64,000 nucleotides of DNA, from the NCBI RefSeq assembly GCF_006345805.1, contig NC_042998.1, positions 144,832,001 through 144,896,000 of the forward strand, read 5' to 3'. Of the stretch, positions 24,441-37,949 are shown piece by piece. Origin of the DNA: Octopus sinensis (Eukaryota). Position numbers and translations under genes: made by a program. How positions within the stretch are numbered: the first letter of the stretch is position 1; each line of letters begins with the position of its first letter. The notes under the pieces were generated by a model. That model did not search any database and was not told the DNA's origin. It was given only the letters and a program-made list of their open reading frames with translations.

Positions 24441-25715
24441 ACATAAGCAAGCTAAACTTTCAGTGATAAGATAATACGAAACACTGGTGGAGGTGACACA
24501 GCTTGTAAACATTTTTCACCAACTCAAATGCTACATTCAAAAAAAAAAAAAAAGTCCCAATTAAAAAAAAAAATACTAAGAAACACAGTGAATACAACAT
24601 CAAGATGCTGAAGCATGACTATTGGGGGTATGGGGTGCTAGATATATATTGCTAAATTTAACAAGTTTAAAATCAATATCACTTTCTCTTCATGTTTGAA
24701 GTGATTGTTATTTAACACCAGGTGTGATCTGATTGAATAGATCTATGCTCAAGGTATTCTAGTTAAGATCATCTTTTTATATTTATTTAAGACTACACTA
24801 TCCTAATGCATCCTTTCCTTTTTTATGTTTTTGAGCCAGGAGGGACATTTGGCTGTTATTTCCAACAAGTTGATTGACTATATACAGGCTCCCATAACCC
24901 TTCCCTATAGTCAGTGATGTTAGCAAATGAGGATCCTTCTATATAAAAATAAAGTTGCCACAACAATTCATAAGCAAATAAATGAAATTTGCTAATAACA
25001 ACATACTTAAGATAGCATAAGGGGAGTGGGGTGTTGGAAAAATGGATATAAACCTGAATAATATAGGAAGGTAATTCCCTCCATCACATGGTTATAGAAA
25101 GCATTTTTTACCGCTACATTCTTTGCATGCCTTCACACAGTGAAAAGATTAGAAGCTATGAAATAAGGCAGTTTGTCATAGCTATCAGTTGCATCCAATA
25201 AATTATAAAACTAACCTTCAGGAAACCAGATACATTCATATCCAGTACAAATGTGAAAGAAAGAAATAGTGGGGAGACAGGATGTGATGTTAAAAACAAA
25301 AAAGAAAGTAAAAGAAAAACTACAACCATTTTGGCAATTTCCAAACTTCTAGATAAATATAGCAAACAATATTCTGACACAAAAAAATGAGATTCAAACA
25401 CCAGATTTACATATCTACAGAAATGGGCATTTTTTTTTCTTTTTTGTTCTGTTGGTGATTATCTTCACTTCTTGTTGCGTTTACAAGATGATGACAGACA
25501 AAATAAGTTTCCAAAGGAACTAACAAGTATTTCTGATATATAACTGAATCAAACCTGTTCAATTGATTTGTTGAAAGACAATGTTATGTTGACAAATAAT
25601 CTACTGGGAAAACTACAAACATCTATGTTTAACAGCAAAAGTCAACCACAAAAGACAATGGGAACAACCAAATACTATATAATAGAGACAAGTAAAGATA
25701 ATTTCTGTGTGTGTA

Positions 25716-26098
25716 TGCAGGTATGACTGTGTGGTAAGTTTGCTTCTCAACCACATGGCTCTGGATTCAGTTCTTCTGCATGGCACCATGGACAAATTTC
25801 TTCTACTATAGCCCTGGGCTGACCAAAGACTTGTGAGTGGATTTGGTAGACAATAACTGAAAGAAGTCCATTGTATACATGTGTGTGTGCATATGCATGC
25901 GTGTGTCCTGCTGCCATTTGATAACTGGTGGTTTGTTTACATCCTCATAACTTATCAGTTTGGCAAAAGAGACCAACAGAATAAGTACCTAGTTTAAAAA
26001 AAACAAAAATACTGGGGTTGATTTGTTCGACAAAAACCATTTCAAGGTGGTGCCATAGCACAGCTACAGTTCAATGACTGAAACAAGTAAAAGATAAA
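25716..26098 (+). mobile_element. SINE type A, full length
   Basis: Head, core, (GT)n and a tail ending AATGACTGAAACAAGTAAAAGATAAAA. Confidence 0.85.
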
Positions 26099-27320
26099 AC
26101 ACACACACACACATGAAAACATGTCTAGTTTTGCTCTAAAATAATCTTGGAGTTATAAAAGCAATTGGGGTCACATTCAGATTTAACAAGCAAAAGGATT
26201 ATGATTTTGGTCTACTTAGTAACATCAGCTTCAGCACTTTCTTTGATGGAGTCACACAGAATTGATTTTTAATGCATGACATTATTATCATTATGTGGTA
26301 GTAGTATGTTAACAACATACAAAAATACACAAGATCTATCTATAGACACCATGAAACGGGACTGTAGCAGCATGTGTTGGCAAAAATCAAATCTAAATTT
26401 AGCAAATCCATTTACTACTTAAGAAGCATTCAGTAAGACCCAGCTTTACTTGAATAAAGTTAATGGAATCCCTTTGAAGAGAATATCCCTAAAAGGTCAA
26501 AACTTTTCAGACTTGTTAGAATTTTTGCAAACTTATTCACCTAACATTGCCCACCTGCAATCACACATAATTTCTTACATGTTTTAAAATAATAATAAAT
26601 AAGTCATAAAGTCTTGGGAGTTTCTTACAGCCAGTTTGGAATTAACAAAGCACTGGCTGTGCTACCATTCTACCAGTATCTATTAAACCAACATTCAACA
26701 ACTCTTTTGGTTCAACCAATTATTGATGTGACTATTTGAGTTTTAAACTCAATCTAGCAACAATACTTTACATACAAACTTTCAATCTGAATACTTGTGC
26801 TTCTACTAATATCACTTATCCTGTTATTTCAATCTTTACCTTTCATTAAAATCTCACAGCTAAAGGACTGTGAATGTATCAAAATAACTGTTGCTATTTG
26901 ATAACCAATACTGTATGTTCAGCCAGGATGAATCCAAAGGATAAGTTATTACTACATGTAACATAGTCAATGTTCAGAAGATATTCATAACAAGCATATA
27001 TTTAAACTCAAATGTACAGAACATTACACATAAAACACCTTCTTTATTAATTACTCACCATTTCACCCAGATCTTTCACAAAAATAACTATTAAAATTTA
27101 ACAAGATTCTCTTTTTAGCCTTTTTTTTAAAAATGTATGTTATCAGTGAATCTTTTTTATCCTTTAGAAGTGAACAATTTGATAACAAACAGAATATATA
27201 AATTGAAGCATAAGGATCAATAACATTACACACACAATCCCTTACTTGAAAAATAGTTAAAGGATTGTATCAGGAAGAGCATGGGAAAATAGATGTTGAA
27301 CCAACCAATGAGTATACAGT

Positions 27321-27568
27321 ATGTTTGTGTGCACCCTTGCCTTGATGTCATGTGATAGTTGTAAACAAGCAATACCATATACAGGTAATCTTGTTTGTTT
27401 CCAATTTTCTGTGAAAAACATATCTGGCCATGGGGAAACACCTTGCTTGGAAACAGGTGAAGGTTGACAACAGGAAGGGCATCCAGCCAAAGAAAATCCG
27501 CCTCAGTGCATTCCATCTGACCCATACAAACATAAAAAAGTGGATGTTAAAATGACAATAATGATAAT
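27321..27568 (+). mobile_element. SINE type B, 3' half
   Basis: GGAAGGGCATCCAGCC...CTGACCCATAC...GTGGATGTTAAAATGACAATAATGATAATG. Confidence 0.75.
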
Positions 27569-28148
27569 GCATACACAGTAAGTAACACCTTGACTTCTGA
27601 GTCATCATCATTATTTAATGCCTAGCTTCCATGCTGGCATGGGTTGGACAGTTTGATAGGAGCTGGCAACTCAGAGGAATGCACCAAATTCCACTGTCTC
27701 TTTTGGCATGGCTTTTATGGCTGAATGCCCTTCCTGATGCCAACAGTTCCAAATATCTAATCATTAAGAATTTAGTTCAAATACAAATAATAATTTCTAA
27801 CATAACAAACTGGTACCAAATTTGTGAGAAAGGAAAGGTATGACCTATTAAATGACCTTCCAGCACATGACTAATTTTTATTTTCAAACTTTGATATGAA
27901 GCTGACCTCACTGAGATTTGAACTCATAATGTAAAAGTTCAAAACTAAATTCCGTAAGACTTTGTCCCAAGCTCTAACAATTATACCAATCCTCTACCCT
28001 TAATTGTTATAGATGATAGGCAGTATTCTTACTAATGAGATTTGACTTGAAAATTTGAAAGTGTTAAAGAACAACACAAAAGGTTAAGCATAACTCATGA
28101 TCATTCCTATTAGATAAATTATAAATAATATAATATATATATATAGAT

Positions 28149-28859
28149 ATCATCATCATCATCATCATTTAGCGTCCGCTTTCCATGCTAGCATGGGTTG
28201 GACGGTTCAACTGGGGTCTGTGAAGCCAGAAGGCTGCATCAGGCCCAGTCTGATCTGGCAGTGTTTCTACGGCTGGATGCCCTTCCTAACGCCAACCACT
28301 CCGCGAGTGTAGTGGGTGCTTTTTATGTGGTGCCAGACGGTGCTGGCAAACGGCCACGGACGGATGGTGCTTTTACATGCCACCAGCACGGGGGCCTGGT
28401 GAGGCTGGCAACGGACACGAACGGATGGTGCTTTTACGAGCCACCGACACGGAGGCCAGTCGGGGCGGCACTGGCAACGGCCATGAACGGATGGTGCTTT
28501 TTACGTGCCACCGGCACGGGGGTCAGGCGAGGCTGGCAACGGCCATGAACGGATGGTGCTTTTATGTGCCACCGGCACGGGGGCCAGGTGAGGCTGGCAA
28601 CGGACACAAACGGATGGTGCTTTTACGTGCCACCGGAACGGACCCAGTCGGGGCGGCGCTGGCAACGGCCACAATCGGATGGTTCACTTACTTGTCACCG
28701 GCACTGGTATCACAGCCGCAATTTCCATTGATGTTGATCGACTTCCATTTTGGTTCCGCTTTCTGATATCTGATTTGATTTTGATTTTTTGATTTGATTT
28801 TCACTTGCCTCAACGGGTCTTTACAAGTGGAGTTTTGTGTCCCAAGAAGGAAAGGTATG
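28149..28859 (-). mobile_element. RTE LINE 3' UTR (young copy) with an internal ~60-65-bp tandem array
   Basis: Reverse complement of 40330-41045, with a (CAT)n tail at 28149 and repeated GGATGGTGCTTTT..GTGCCACCGGCACGG units. Confidence 0.9.
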
Positions 28860-28871
28860 TATATATATATC

Positions 28872-28909
<38 letters not shown>

Positions 28910-29589
28910 CAATCCATCCTCACCACCACTCATTCATTCACCACATGACTGCTGCTTGTTTCCGTTTCATCATTTGATATGGTTTTACTACTCATATTGG
29001 TTCACTTGAAATAGGAGTATCCCCCACAACTCTTTTTTAGAAATGTATCTCCTCTTTTGCAAGACACCCATACTTGTCCCTCTATCATACTTTAGCCTTT
29101 CAACATCTAGCATAAAGCCAGCTCCCTCCTCACAAATATTCTATCCACTTGTTCATTTTTTTTTTTTTTAATCTTTCTTTCCTTTCCCTGTGCTTTTTCA
29201 GTTTTGCGAGTTACTTGGCAACCTCACTAGTGCTGGTGACATGAAAAAAAAAAAAGCACCCAGTACAAACAGTAAAGTGTTTGGTGCTAGGAAGAGCATC
29301 CAACTGTAAAAACCATGCTAAAACAACATTGCATATTGGTGCAGCCCTGTGGCTCACCAGATCCTGTCAAACCTTCCAACACATGCTAGCAGAGGACATT
29401 AAATAATGATGTGTCAAGAATTCCTTGCTTCCATAACCTTCTTTTCCTTTCTTTATAAATTTCATATTAGTAAATGCAAGATATATTTAGGCCTGCAGCA
29501 ACTTTCTTAGTTAATTTGAAATTTGAATCAGGGAATAGGGGTGCTACAAAATCTGTTGTTTTTTAAATTAAACCTTTTGTGAAAAGTTA

Positions 29590-31250
29590 ACAGGTTCACT
29601 GAGCCATTGAAAGGTTAAAGAATATACAAGAGTTTCCACTGTTAGATTTTGTTCAGCTTCTTCTAAATAATCTTCCATTTATTTCAATGAGATCCTCATT
29701 TGCCACTCCTACATGTGGAAATGAAAGATCAATATATGTCATATGAAGAAACATCAAGGTGCAATTGATTAGCAATAATAATGATTGCTTGTTTCATTTC
29801 AAATAATCTCAACTTGTTCTTCAAATCCTTTAAAAATCATCAATAAATTAAGGGCAGAGTTTGTTCTTGATGACTGATATTTTTCCCATCTGTAACTTTG
29901 CTCCAGGTTCTCTTTGATTTTCACTGCACCAAAAACATTGAATGATTACCAAAAATCCTTTAAGTGCTGAGCTCCCTTCATTATCAATAGCATTTATTAA
30001 CTGATCAAATGTGTGCCAAAGATAATACAATTTAAAATGTGGCACTAATGTCTTGATCCATTGGTTACAAAAATGATGTATTTGATGTCGAAATTATGGA
30101 TGAGAAGGTGCTTTATGATCAGTAGCACATGAAATGGAGTCTTCCAAATAACTTTTACTTCAAGTACAAAGTGATCTGTAAACCAATCTTAAAACAGTGA
30201 AGCAGTAACCTAAACTTTTTATTTGCATTCCATGACTGGAAGTCTACATTTTATGAGGCCTTTAACTGTCCTTGTATTTTCAACACAGGGGTCTTAACTT
30301 AGCTCTAGCTGTATTACCTCAAAACAATAATGTTAACTGATCTCCAGCTACTTTGAAACCTGGCACTAACAATTCTTCTTTTGTAATGGAGCTTCTTGCT
30401 GGCATGTACTTCTATAATAGGCTTGTTCTATCTACATGGAATTTGTGAGGGTGTGTAACCATATTCTTTTATTCTAATTTTGAGGAGGGAAAATAAAATT
30501 TCAATATTAACACTTGTAATTCTTCCTGACACATTTACATTAAGCCAAACCACTTTCTCAGTATCCTTCTTTCTAGTTTCTAAATGCACATTTAATCTTT
30601 CATTTGCTGAGTTATCCCTGCTGATAAGAGATTATTTTCCAAGCTGGCCACCTTTTTATTATGTACCCTAGTTAATTGCAATGAGTACATGCATGCACAC
30701 ACTGCCGCATGCCAAATGGTTAAAAAGCTTGCATTGCAATCATGGAATCCTGGGTTTGGACCCATTACATGGCATCCTAAAGAAGTGTCATTTTCTATAG
30801 CCTCAGATCAACCCATAGTTTATGAGTAGACAAACTGTGTAAAAGTCCTTTGGATGGATTGCTGTTGCAATTCAAAGATACATTTTTTCATATAGTCTGT
30901 CACACTGATTCTGCTACAATATTCCTTTAAGGGTATATTTATCAGTGGAATACCACTTACAACTTAATTCAGAAGCAGGTAATTCAGTTATTAGAACAAC
31001 TGAATGCTCAACGTCAAAACTGATGCAGATATATCCAAGTGCAAAGAATGTATACTTCTAACTGCATTGAGATATCTTTTCTTTATCAGTTGAAAAGCAC
31101 AGATTCAGTTGATGAAAGCAAACAAAATTTTGAAGCTAAATCTTGAATGATTTTTCCAGTGTTCACTTATGAACTTGTATTTTCTTTCTCAAGACATTGC
31201 ACAGTTTCTTAGTATTATCAGTAATATTCACGGTATATTTTTGTTTGGGT
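29590..31250 (-). mobile_element. Tigger/pogo DDE transposon relic, interrupted by a SINE fragment at about 30695-30900
   Basis: Minus strand: KEYGYTPSQI..VDRTSLL*KYMPARSSITKEELLVPGFKVAGDQLTLLF*GN and PHFKLYYLWHTFDQLINAIDNEGSSALKGF, matching Tigger/TIGD1-type transposase with stops. Confidence 0.8.
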
Positions 31251-31888
31251 ATATTAAAGAGTGAACTAACTCAAAAGTTTGTACAATAAAAGAAAGACTA
31301 GTGGAGAGAATGTGAATACATCATGCATGCCCAACACCACCATGCAGGTTGTGATTTTATTTTGTGTAATAAGATTTTTAGAGTTAAAAATTAAAATCAT
31401 TAAGGTAGAACATTGTTAAGTGAAGCATTACTGTGTGAATTCATACACACACAGACTAGAGTATGTGATAAAGAAGTGGTCAACTTCATCCCATAAATCA
31501 AATTTTATTCAAAGCTCAAAACTTGACAAATCGTTTGAGCTTTGAATGAAAATAAAGAAAATAGAATATTGGGAAACTATGTAAAGACAAAAATCTAAGC
31601 AAATATTAAACACCAATTCACTGACTTGTGCTCACAGCTATGAAAGCAAAAGGATCATCATCACTGTCACCAAAATATTTTAAATGAATTTTTCATGCTT
31701 GCATGGGTCAGATAAGAGTACAATGAGACAGAGTTTTTCTATGGCTAGATACCTTTCCAGTTGCCAACACCTACCTGTTTCCAAGTGAGGAAATAATCTC
31801 CCAGTCTAATGAACAGCTAACAGCCCAGATATATTTTATGTAGGGAAACAAATACCATTTAAGGGACCTTTCATTTTTACAAAGATAA

Positions 31889-32100
31889 CATTTTGGTCAT
31901 TTTCACAAAGATCAAAATAAAACATGTCAGGAAACCCAGATACCCTTTTATAGTGGACTGCAAGCCATTGCAAATGAGCATCACTGTCATACAAGTAACA
32001 CTGTTCATTTCCAATCTTCCAAGCAAGGTCATATTTCCTAAAAGGGTAACTGGGTTTCCTGGCATGCCTTATTTTGATCGTTGTGGAAATTATCAAAATG
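31889..32100. repeat. Inverted repeat: 61-bp arms (53/61 identical) around a 90-bp spacer
   Basis: 31889-31949 compared base by base with the reverse complement of 32040-32100. Confidence 0.9.
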
Positions 32101-32526
32101 TGATATATATATATATATATACATAGACACACATATTTATACAAACACACATACACACACAAGACAGAAAGAGGGATAGACAAATGTATGCATATGTGTG
32201 AATGTTTACAGAACTATACTGAACTATGGGACTATGCATTGATGTCACTGTCTGCAGCTCACCTACAAATGGCTGTCATCATTTGTGGTAGGCTTTGATG
32301 GAAGAAGTTTGTTGGCATTTCTTAACAAAATCGTCTGCTTCCTCCCTCTCACTCTTTAATTACACCAGAATAAAAATTCCTTACTTGAAAAACTGGTATA
32401 GCAACAGAAACATAACTTGACTGCAAATTCTGCTTCAAAATATACTTCTTAGCTATGCTAGCTTGAAAAACATATGAAACAAACCAAAACAATCACACAC
32501 ATACACACAAATATATTAAACACACA

Positions 32527-32850
32527 CAGGTGTTTTAGGTTCAGTCTCACTACATAGTACCTTGGGCAAGTCTTGTCTATAATAACTCTGGACCAACCAA
32601 AGCCTTGTGAGTGGATTTGGTACATGCAAACTGAAAGAAACCTTTGTGTGTGCATGCACACATGTGCTAGTGTGAAGATGGACATGTGTATTTTTGTGTC
32701 TCTTTGTCCGGTCATGGGGAAATATTACCTTACTGGGAAATAGGTGAAGGTTGACAACAAGAAGGGCATCCAACTAGAAAATCTGCTTCAACAAATGCTA
32801 CCCAGTTCATGCAGCATGGGAAGGTGAACATTAAGACCATGATAATGATA
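32527..32850 (+). mobile_element. SINE type B
   Basis: Core AAAGCCTTGTGAGTGGATTTGGTA plus type B tail. Confidence 0.75.
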
Positions 32851-33753
32851 CACACATACATGTATTCATCCATACATACAAACAGCCACCCACAAATACT
32901 TTTATATATATCAGTGAATTTATTAGCAAGTTTTAGGTATAAAAAAAATCCTCCTCTCAACCTGATGATGATTACTGAAGACACAAGTGACACTCAAACA
33001 ATCCTCTCTTCAACACTTAGCTTCCAAAATCCTAACCCATTAGAACTAATGAAACTAACTCAACATCAAACCAGTTAATAGAATTTCTATGCATTTATTT
33101 AGCCAATCACATGTGGATCCACACACAAGAGAACAAACACACATTAACGACACACATCCACATGTGTTAACAGCCAGTTTCCTACGCATGCAAATTTTAT
33201 CACCATTTTGAAAGCTCAAAATTAATTTCATGTTGTTACACATTCCTCTTTAAAAATCTATAAACTAATGTTCTTTGTTTGAGGCTCTTTGTGTGTGTGT
33301 GTTTTCATTGCACAACTCAGAAAGTTCTGTAACATGGAAATCATTTTTACATCTGAAGCAACATCTAAAGAATCAGATTTATACAATTTCTATAAGAAAA
33401 AAATTAAACAATATTTCGAAAGAACGAGGTAGGGAGTAGAAATATAAAGATGATCATGGAACTGATGTGAACAACAATTTAGATTTAGGAATTAATGTGA
33501 ACAGTAAATATGATAAAAACATACCATCATCAGTGAATGGGTTAAGCTATTTATAGATTCCTCAATTATACCAACATTTCCAAAAAATAAATAAATAAAA
33601 ATTAAACCAAATTGTAATTTCTAAGATTATAGAATGTTTCTTGCATGCCTTTCTTTTCTTTTTTAAACATCAAATTTATTTTGTATTTCACAAGCATTCG
33701 TTACAGTAGCTAATGGAAAATAAAGCAGAAGTAGTATTTTCATTGTCACTGTG

Positions 33754-34690
33754 ATCATCATCATCATCAAACATCTACTCTCTATGCCAGCATGAGTTGG
33801 ATGGCTTGAAAGGATCTGATGAGTTGGAAGACTGTGCTATGCTTCACCCATGTCTGCTTGGCATGGCTTCTACAGTTGGATACTTTCTTAATGCCAACCA
33901 CTTTCCAGAATGTACTGGATGCTTTTTTTTTTTTTTTTTTTTTGACACTAATACTAGTGAGGTCACTTGAAAACTTGTAAGACTGAAGGGCCTAAAAAGG
34001 TCTCTAACTAAAGGTGAGAGAGATATGATTATAGACAAGGTGATAGAAGAGAATACAATATGATGAGAGGAACAGGTTCATAGTTGTGAGAGGGTAGTAG
34101 AAGAGAGGGTAACAGATTGGTCACTATTGGGGAGGGCACTGCTGAAGGAAAATGGGATAAGGATAGGATCAGGGTAAATGGTTAGTGAGAAAGATAGGGA
34201 TAGAGTGACAAGGGTGACAAGGTAGGTTGTACTGAATAGGGGGGTCCAGAGAGTTATTGAAAGAGATGTGTGAGAGCCATGAGGATTGGCCAGAGATGAA
34301 AGAGCACTGATGTGGCAGAGAAGCTGTGGGGGGAGGACAGTAAGAAAAAAAAGAAACAGAGAAGAAATGGTAGATGGCAGTGATCAAGCAAGTGAAATTG
34401 CTTGGCTGATAGTGATGATTGAAGTGAGTGGGAAGATGGATGGCGGAAGAGGAAACGGCACAAGTAGAGTGATGAGGATAGATCAATATTCTTTTATACA
34501 TAAACCTAATAAAGGAGGGGGAAGGCAGAGTGATGGCAGTGATAAGAAATGGAGTGGTATGATTGACAGAGAGATGAGATGTTAAAAGCAAATGGGAAGA
34601 TGAGAGAAAGAGAGAAAGTGAGCAACAGGTAGATAAGAGGGGGAGTGAAGGGTGCAAACAGTGGCAGTAAATATAAATTGGCAAAATATA
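33754..34690 (-). mobile_element. Truncated copy of the long low-complexity 3' UTR of the second RTE subfamily
   Basis: (ATC)n tail at 33754 and an RTE-type terminus, then a GA-rich body that is CT-rich on the element strand, like 56500-57000. Confidence 0.55.
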
Positions 34691-34782
34691 GATATATCCA
34701 TATTATACACATTCACACACATACATACACGAGTATACCCAAATACAAATATATAAATAAATAGTTTTTGGTAGGCAGCATC

Positions 34783-35024
34783 GATTTTTATGAATCTGTA
34801 AATAATAATATTTTATAAGCTTAAAAGTGATCACGATCATTGTGCAATGACTAAAGAAAATAGTTTAATACTGGGGCATATAAGCCCTTGATGGAAAAAA
34901 ATAGAGAACCCTATTTTTTTTCCATCAAAGGCTTATACTAGACTATTTTCTTTAGTCATTGCACAGTGATTGCTTATTAGCTTTAAGCTTATAAAATATT
35001 ATTATTTACAGAATTGTAAAAATC
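34783..35024. repeat. Foldback (near-perfect palindrome, about 240 bp; MITE-like)
   Basis: The arms pair across long perfect blocks (e.g. CTGTAAATAATAATATTTTATAAGCTTAAA / TTTAAGCTTATAAAATATTATTATTTACAG; TGTGCAATGACTAAAGAAAATAGT / ACTATTTTCTTTAGTCATTGCACA) around a 6-nt loop at 34905-34910. Confidence 0.95.
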
Positions 35025-35249
35025 AATTAATGATCGATGTTATTATTATATACAAACACACACACACACAAACGGGTTCTACTGAAAGCAATGTTAAGTA
35101 GACATAACTTTTTTTATTAACACTGCTTATCCAAATTCATTATGTTGGTAGAGGAACTCTTTCACTTTAGTATCTCTTCTTCCTTTTCTTCATTGCTGAT
35201 AACTAAGTTTCAAGTAGAAGCAAAGTGCCATCATCTACTGAATGATTGG

Positions 35250-35560
35250 TTGTTTATAGAGATGACACCACTGACAAGATTAGTGTGCACAGTTGGACAA
35301 AGAAGCTGAAAGTTGGAGAAACCAGCACTGAAGATAAACATGTAGTGGAGGCAAGAACTATGACCACTGACATGAAGCACCAGAGAGTGGACAAACTGGT
35401 TTGAGCAGACAGACAAGATACAAACCTTGAGCTTGCTGTGCAACTAGACTGTGATCACAATGCATTATAATAGATGGCAGAAGACTGTGCAAAGTAGGTA
35501 CCTTAGGAGCTGATGCCCAACATGAAGGAGAGAGGGGTGGTAGTTTGTTCAGATCTGCTG
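35250..35560 (+). mobile_element. Mariner transposase N-terminal relic
   Basis: SVHSWTKKLKVGETSTEDK, VDKLV*ADR and ELAVQLDC resemble the mariner HTH/linker region. Confidence 0.55.
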
Positions 35561-35759
35561 CAAGCCTTTGATTCTTCTTATCCCCAGTTTTTCTCTCAAC
35601 TCATTTCAACTCTGGCATTTATGCATATTGACATCATAAATCCATTGGAGGCTGCTGACTTAATTTCTTGCCCTTGCAGTCTTTTGCATTGAAAGCCCAC
35701 ATTTCACAACCATGGAGAATCATAGTTTGAATACAAGTAACATCTTATTTGCTTCATGT

Positions 35760-36170
35760 ACATCATCGTCATCATTTTAACATCCATTTTTCCATGCTTG
35801 CATGGCTAGGGCAAAATTTGCTGAGGTAGAATTTCTACAGCCATTCCTATTGCCAACCTTCCCTTGTTTCCATGTAAAGTGATATTTTCCCATGACCAAA
35901 CATGTCACAGAAGACTGGAAATGAAAAACACTGATGTATGGCAGTGACTTTTGTTCACAACCATCATGTGGTATCAAGAGAAAGAGATACCAATTCACAC
36001 ACACACACACATGAGTTCGCAGATACACATGATGAGCTTCTTTCAGTTTCCGTCTACCAAATCCACTTGCAAGGTTTTGGTTGGCCTAGGGTTACAGAAA
36101 AAAGACATTTGCCCAATGTGTTATACAGTGGGAAAACAAGTTTCTTAACTACTTAGACACACACTGTGCC
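35760..36170 (-). mobile_element. SINE type B
   Basis: CATCATCGTCATCATTTTAACATCCATTTTTCCATGCTTGCATGG...CTTTCAGTTTCCGTCTACCAAATCCAC. Confidence 0.8.
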
Positions 36171-36457
36171 TACAATAAATTAAAACAATACAGGGAATAA
36201 GTTTTGGGTCCAATTACACTGTGAAACAATTTGGGACAAAGCCTTGTGATTAAATTTGGTAGACAGAAACTGTTTGGAAGAGAGATGGGTAGGAGCTCTG
36301 TTACCACCACCACTTGAAAACCAGTGTTGGTTTGTTTATTTCACAATAAATTAATATTTTGGCAGAAAGAAACCAATATAATAAGCAGTAGACTTAGAAA
36401 AATTAGCACTGGAAGTAATTTGTTTGGGTAAACCCTCCAAGGTGATAGTTTCAATAA

Positions 36458-36785
36458 TTGTAAGAAGTTTGCTTTCCAATCATGTAGTTGAAGTCAGTTC
36501 CAATGCATAACATCTGGAATGGCTTCTACTATACATCCAGGTCAACCCAGTATGAAAGAAACCTGTTGTGTGCATGTGTCTCCTTATCTTGATGAGATAC
36601 TTTTAAACATGCATCGCTGTAATACAAGTGGAATCTCTTTCTAATCTTGTGAAAATATGTCTGGTCATGGGGCAATGTACCTTGTATGGGAAACGATTGA
36701 GGGTTAGTGACAGGAAGGGCATCTGGCTGTAGAAAACTTGCCTCAACAAATTATGTTATAAGCAAGGAAAAATGGACATTAAAAT
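36458..36785 (+). mobile_element. SINE type B (decayed)
   Basis: Head AAGAAGTTTGCTTTCCAATCATG and tail GGAAGGGCATCTGGCTGTAGAAAA. Confidence 0.65.
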
Positions 36786-37083
36786 AAACACCAAACAGAC
36801 ATTAAAATAATGAAGCAAAGGAGGGGGAGGAAGAGACAAGGTCTTTTGTGATATATCACATTTAAAAAATTTTTACTCATCATAAAATCTGTCTAATATC
36901 AGTCCAATACAGAAACTAAGATATGTTGTGAAGATGGCCTCTCTTTATCTAGTTCATTATTAATCTATCTTCAGAATATTAAATATTCTATTTTTGATAT
37001 TTAGATCTTTTTTTATATTTTGCAGTTAGTGAGTTTTGTGGCATTGACATTTATATATAGTTGATGTATTTCATCATGATGAA

Positions 37084-37927
37084 TGGATCTTTTTACTTTG
37101 CCCGGCAGATTTAAAAAATAATTTCTTTGTATACTGGTAGAATGTGTTACATAAAACATCTTTTTCTCTTGGCTTTCTTGAGAAAATTCTGTAGTTTATA
37201 AGCTACTAGCAGTATCGCCCGGCGTTGCTCGGGTTTGTAAGGGAAATAACTGTATAAGCATTTTTAGAGATGTAAAGTATAATAGCCATCTCAATATGGC
37301 TAACCACAAGGGGGGGAGGGGGTTACTGTAGCTTTTTATGTTCTGAGATTTAATAATAAATTTTTAGAGAGTTACTTCCCTTTTATATGCCAAAAATGCA
37401 TTAAAAAATGGGGAAAATTGATGGTAATTTTTTTTTTAAATCGTAGACTCAACGTAGACACACGCTAATACCCAGAAGGGCTCGATATGAATCACGACTA
37501 TAAGATACCCAGTTTTGGTTAAACTGCACCGCAAAATGTGGGAGTAGTTAGAAATATAAATCATAGGAGATGGACAGCACACAACCTCTCTTTTATATAT
37601 AAAGATTTGTTGCTAAATTTCTTGCATTTCGGCAATTTCAACCAATCAATGACGTCTATTGAGGTGAATACAATTACTGCTGTTGTTAGTCAACAACAAC
37701 TTCCTGTGGTGTCTATTTAGTTTGTCACTGTTATTTATGACAAATTTCATATCAGTCACGTCCGTATAAATAAAAGATTATCGTTATTAAACTTTTATTA
37801 ATAAACACATATTCTAAGTTCACAACATATGCAGTTTTAATTTCCCTCTCTGTTGCACAGATACTCACATTACATATTATATATTCGTTTAAGAAACAGA
37901 TTGAAATGCAATAAAATAGATCGATAC
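37084..37927. repeat. Unclassified interspersed repeat; inverted homologue at 41805-42113
   Basis: Example: CAATTTCAACCAATCAATGACGTCTATTGAGGTGAATACAATTACTGCTGTTG at about 37633 has its reverse complement at about 41890-41941. Confidence 0.85.
37205..37606 (+). mobile_element. Helentron/HINE-like non-autonomous element inserted at a T|T site
   Basis: Starts ACTAGCAGTATCGCCCGGCGTTGCTCGGG and ends CTCTTTTATATATAAAGAT, resembling Lep1/DINE-1-type termini. It is absent from the homologous repeat copy at 41805-42113, which provides an empty site. No TSD. Confidence 0.7.
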
Positions 37928-37949
37928 TTGGTCGCCGGCACCGGATGCC

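Noticed and set aside
25156-25401. Candidate upstream CIT exon (...MNVSGFLK|gttagt resembles CIT 'HVSNFVRK')
   Set aside because: The donor is phase 0 but the next exon needs phase 1; there is no suitable AG acceptor upstream, and the rest of the ORF is low-complexity.
25716-25790. tRNA genes at SINE heads (many sites)
   Set aside because: Only A/B-box-like remnants without a complete cloverleaf, each followed by SINE body sequence.
28198-28766. GC-rich repetitive ORFs (116 and 129 aa; also 40427-41006)
   Set aside because: They are antisense readings of the RTE 3' UTR tandem array.
34169-34712. Overlapping ORFs up to 171 aa
   Set aside because: They come from a GA/CT-rich low-complexity LINE UTR and have no recognisable domain.
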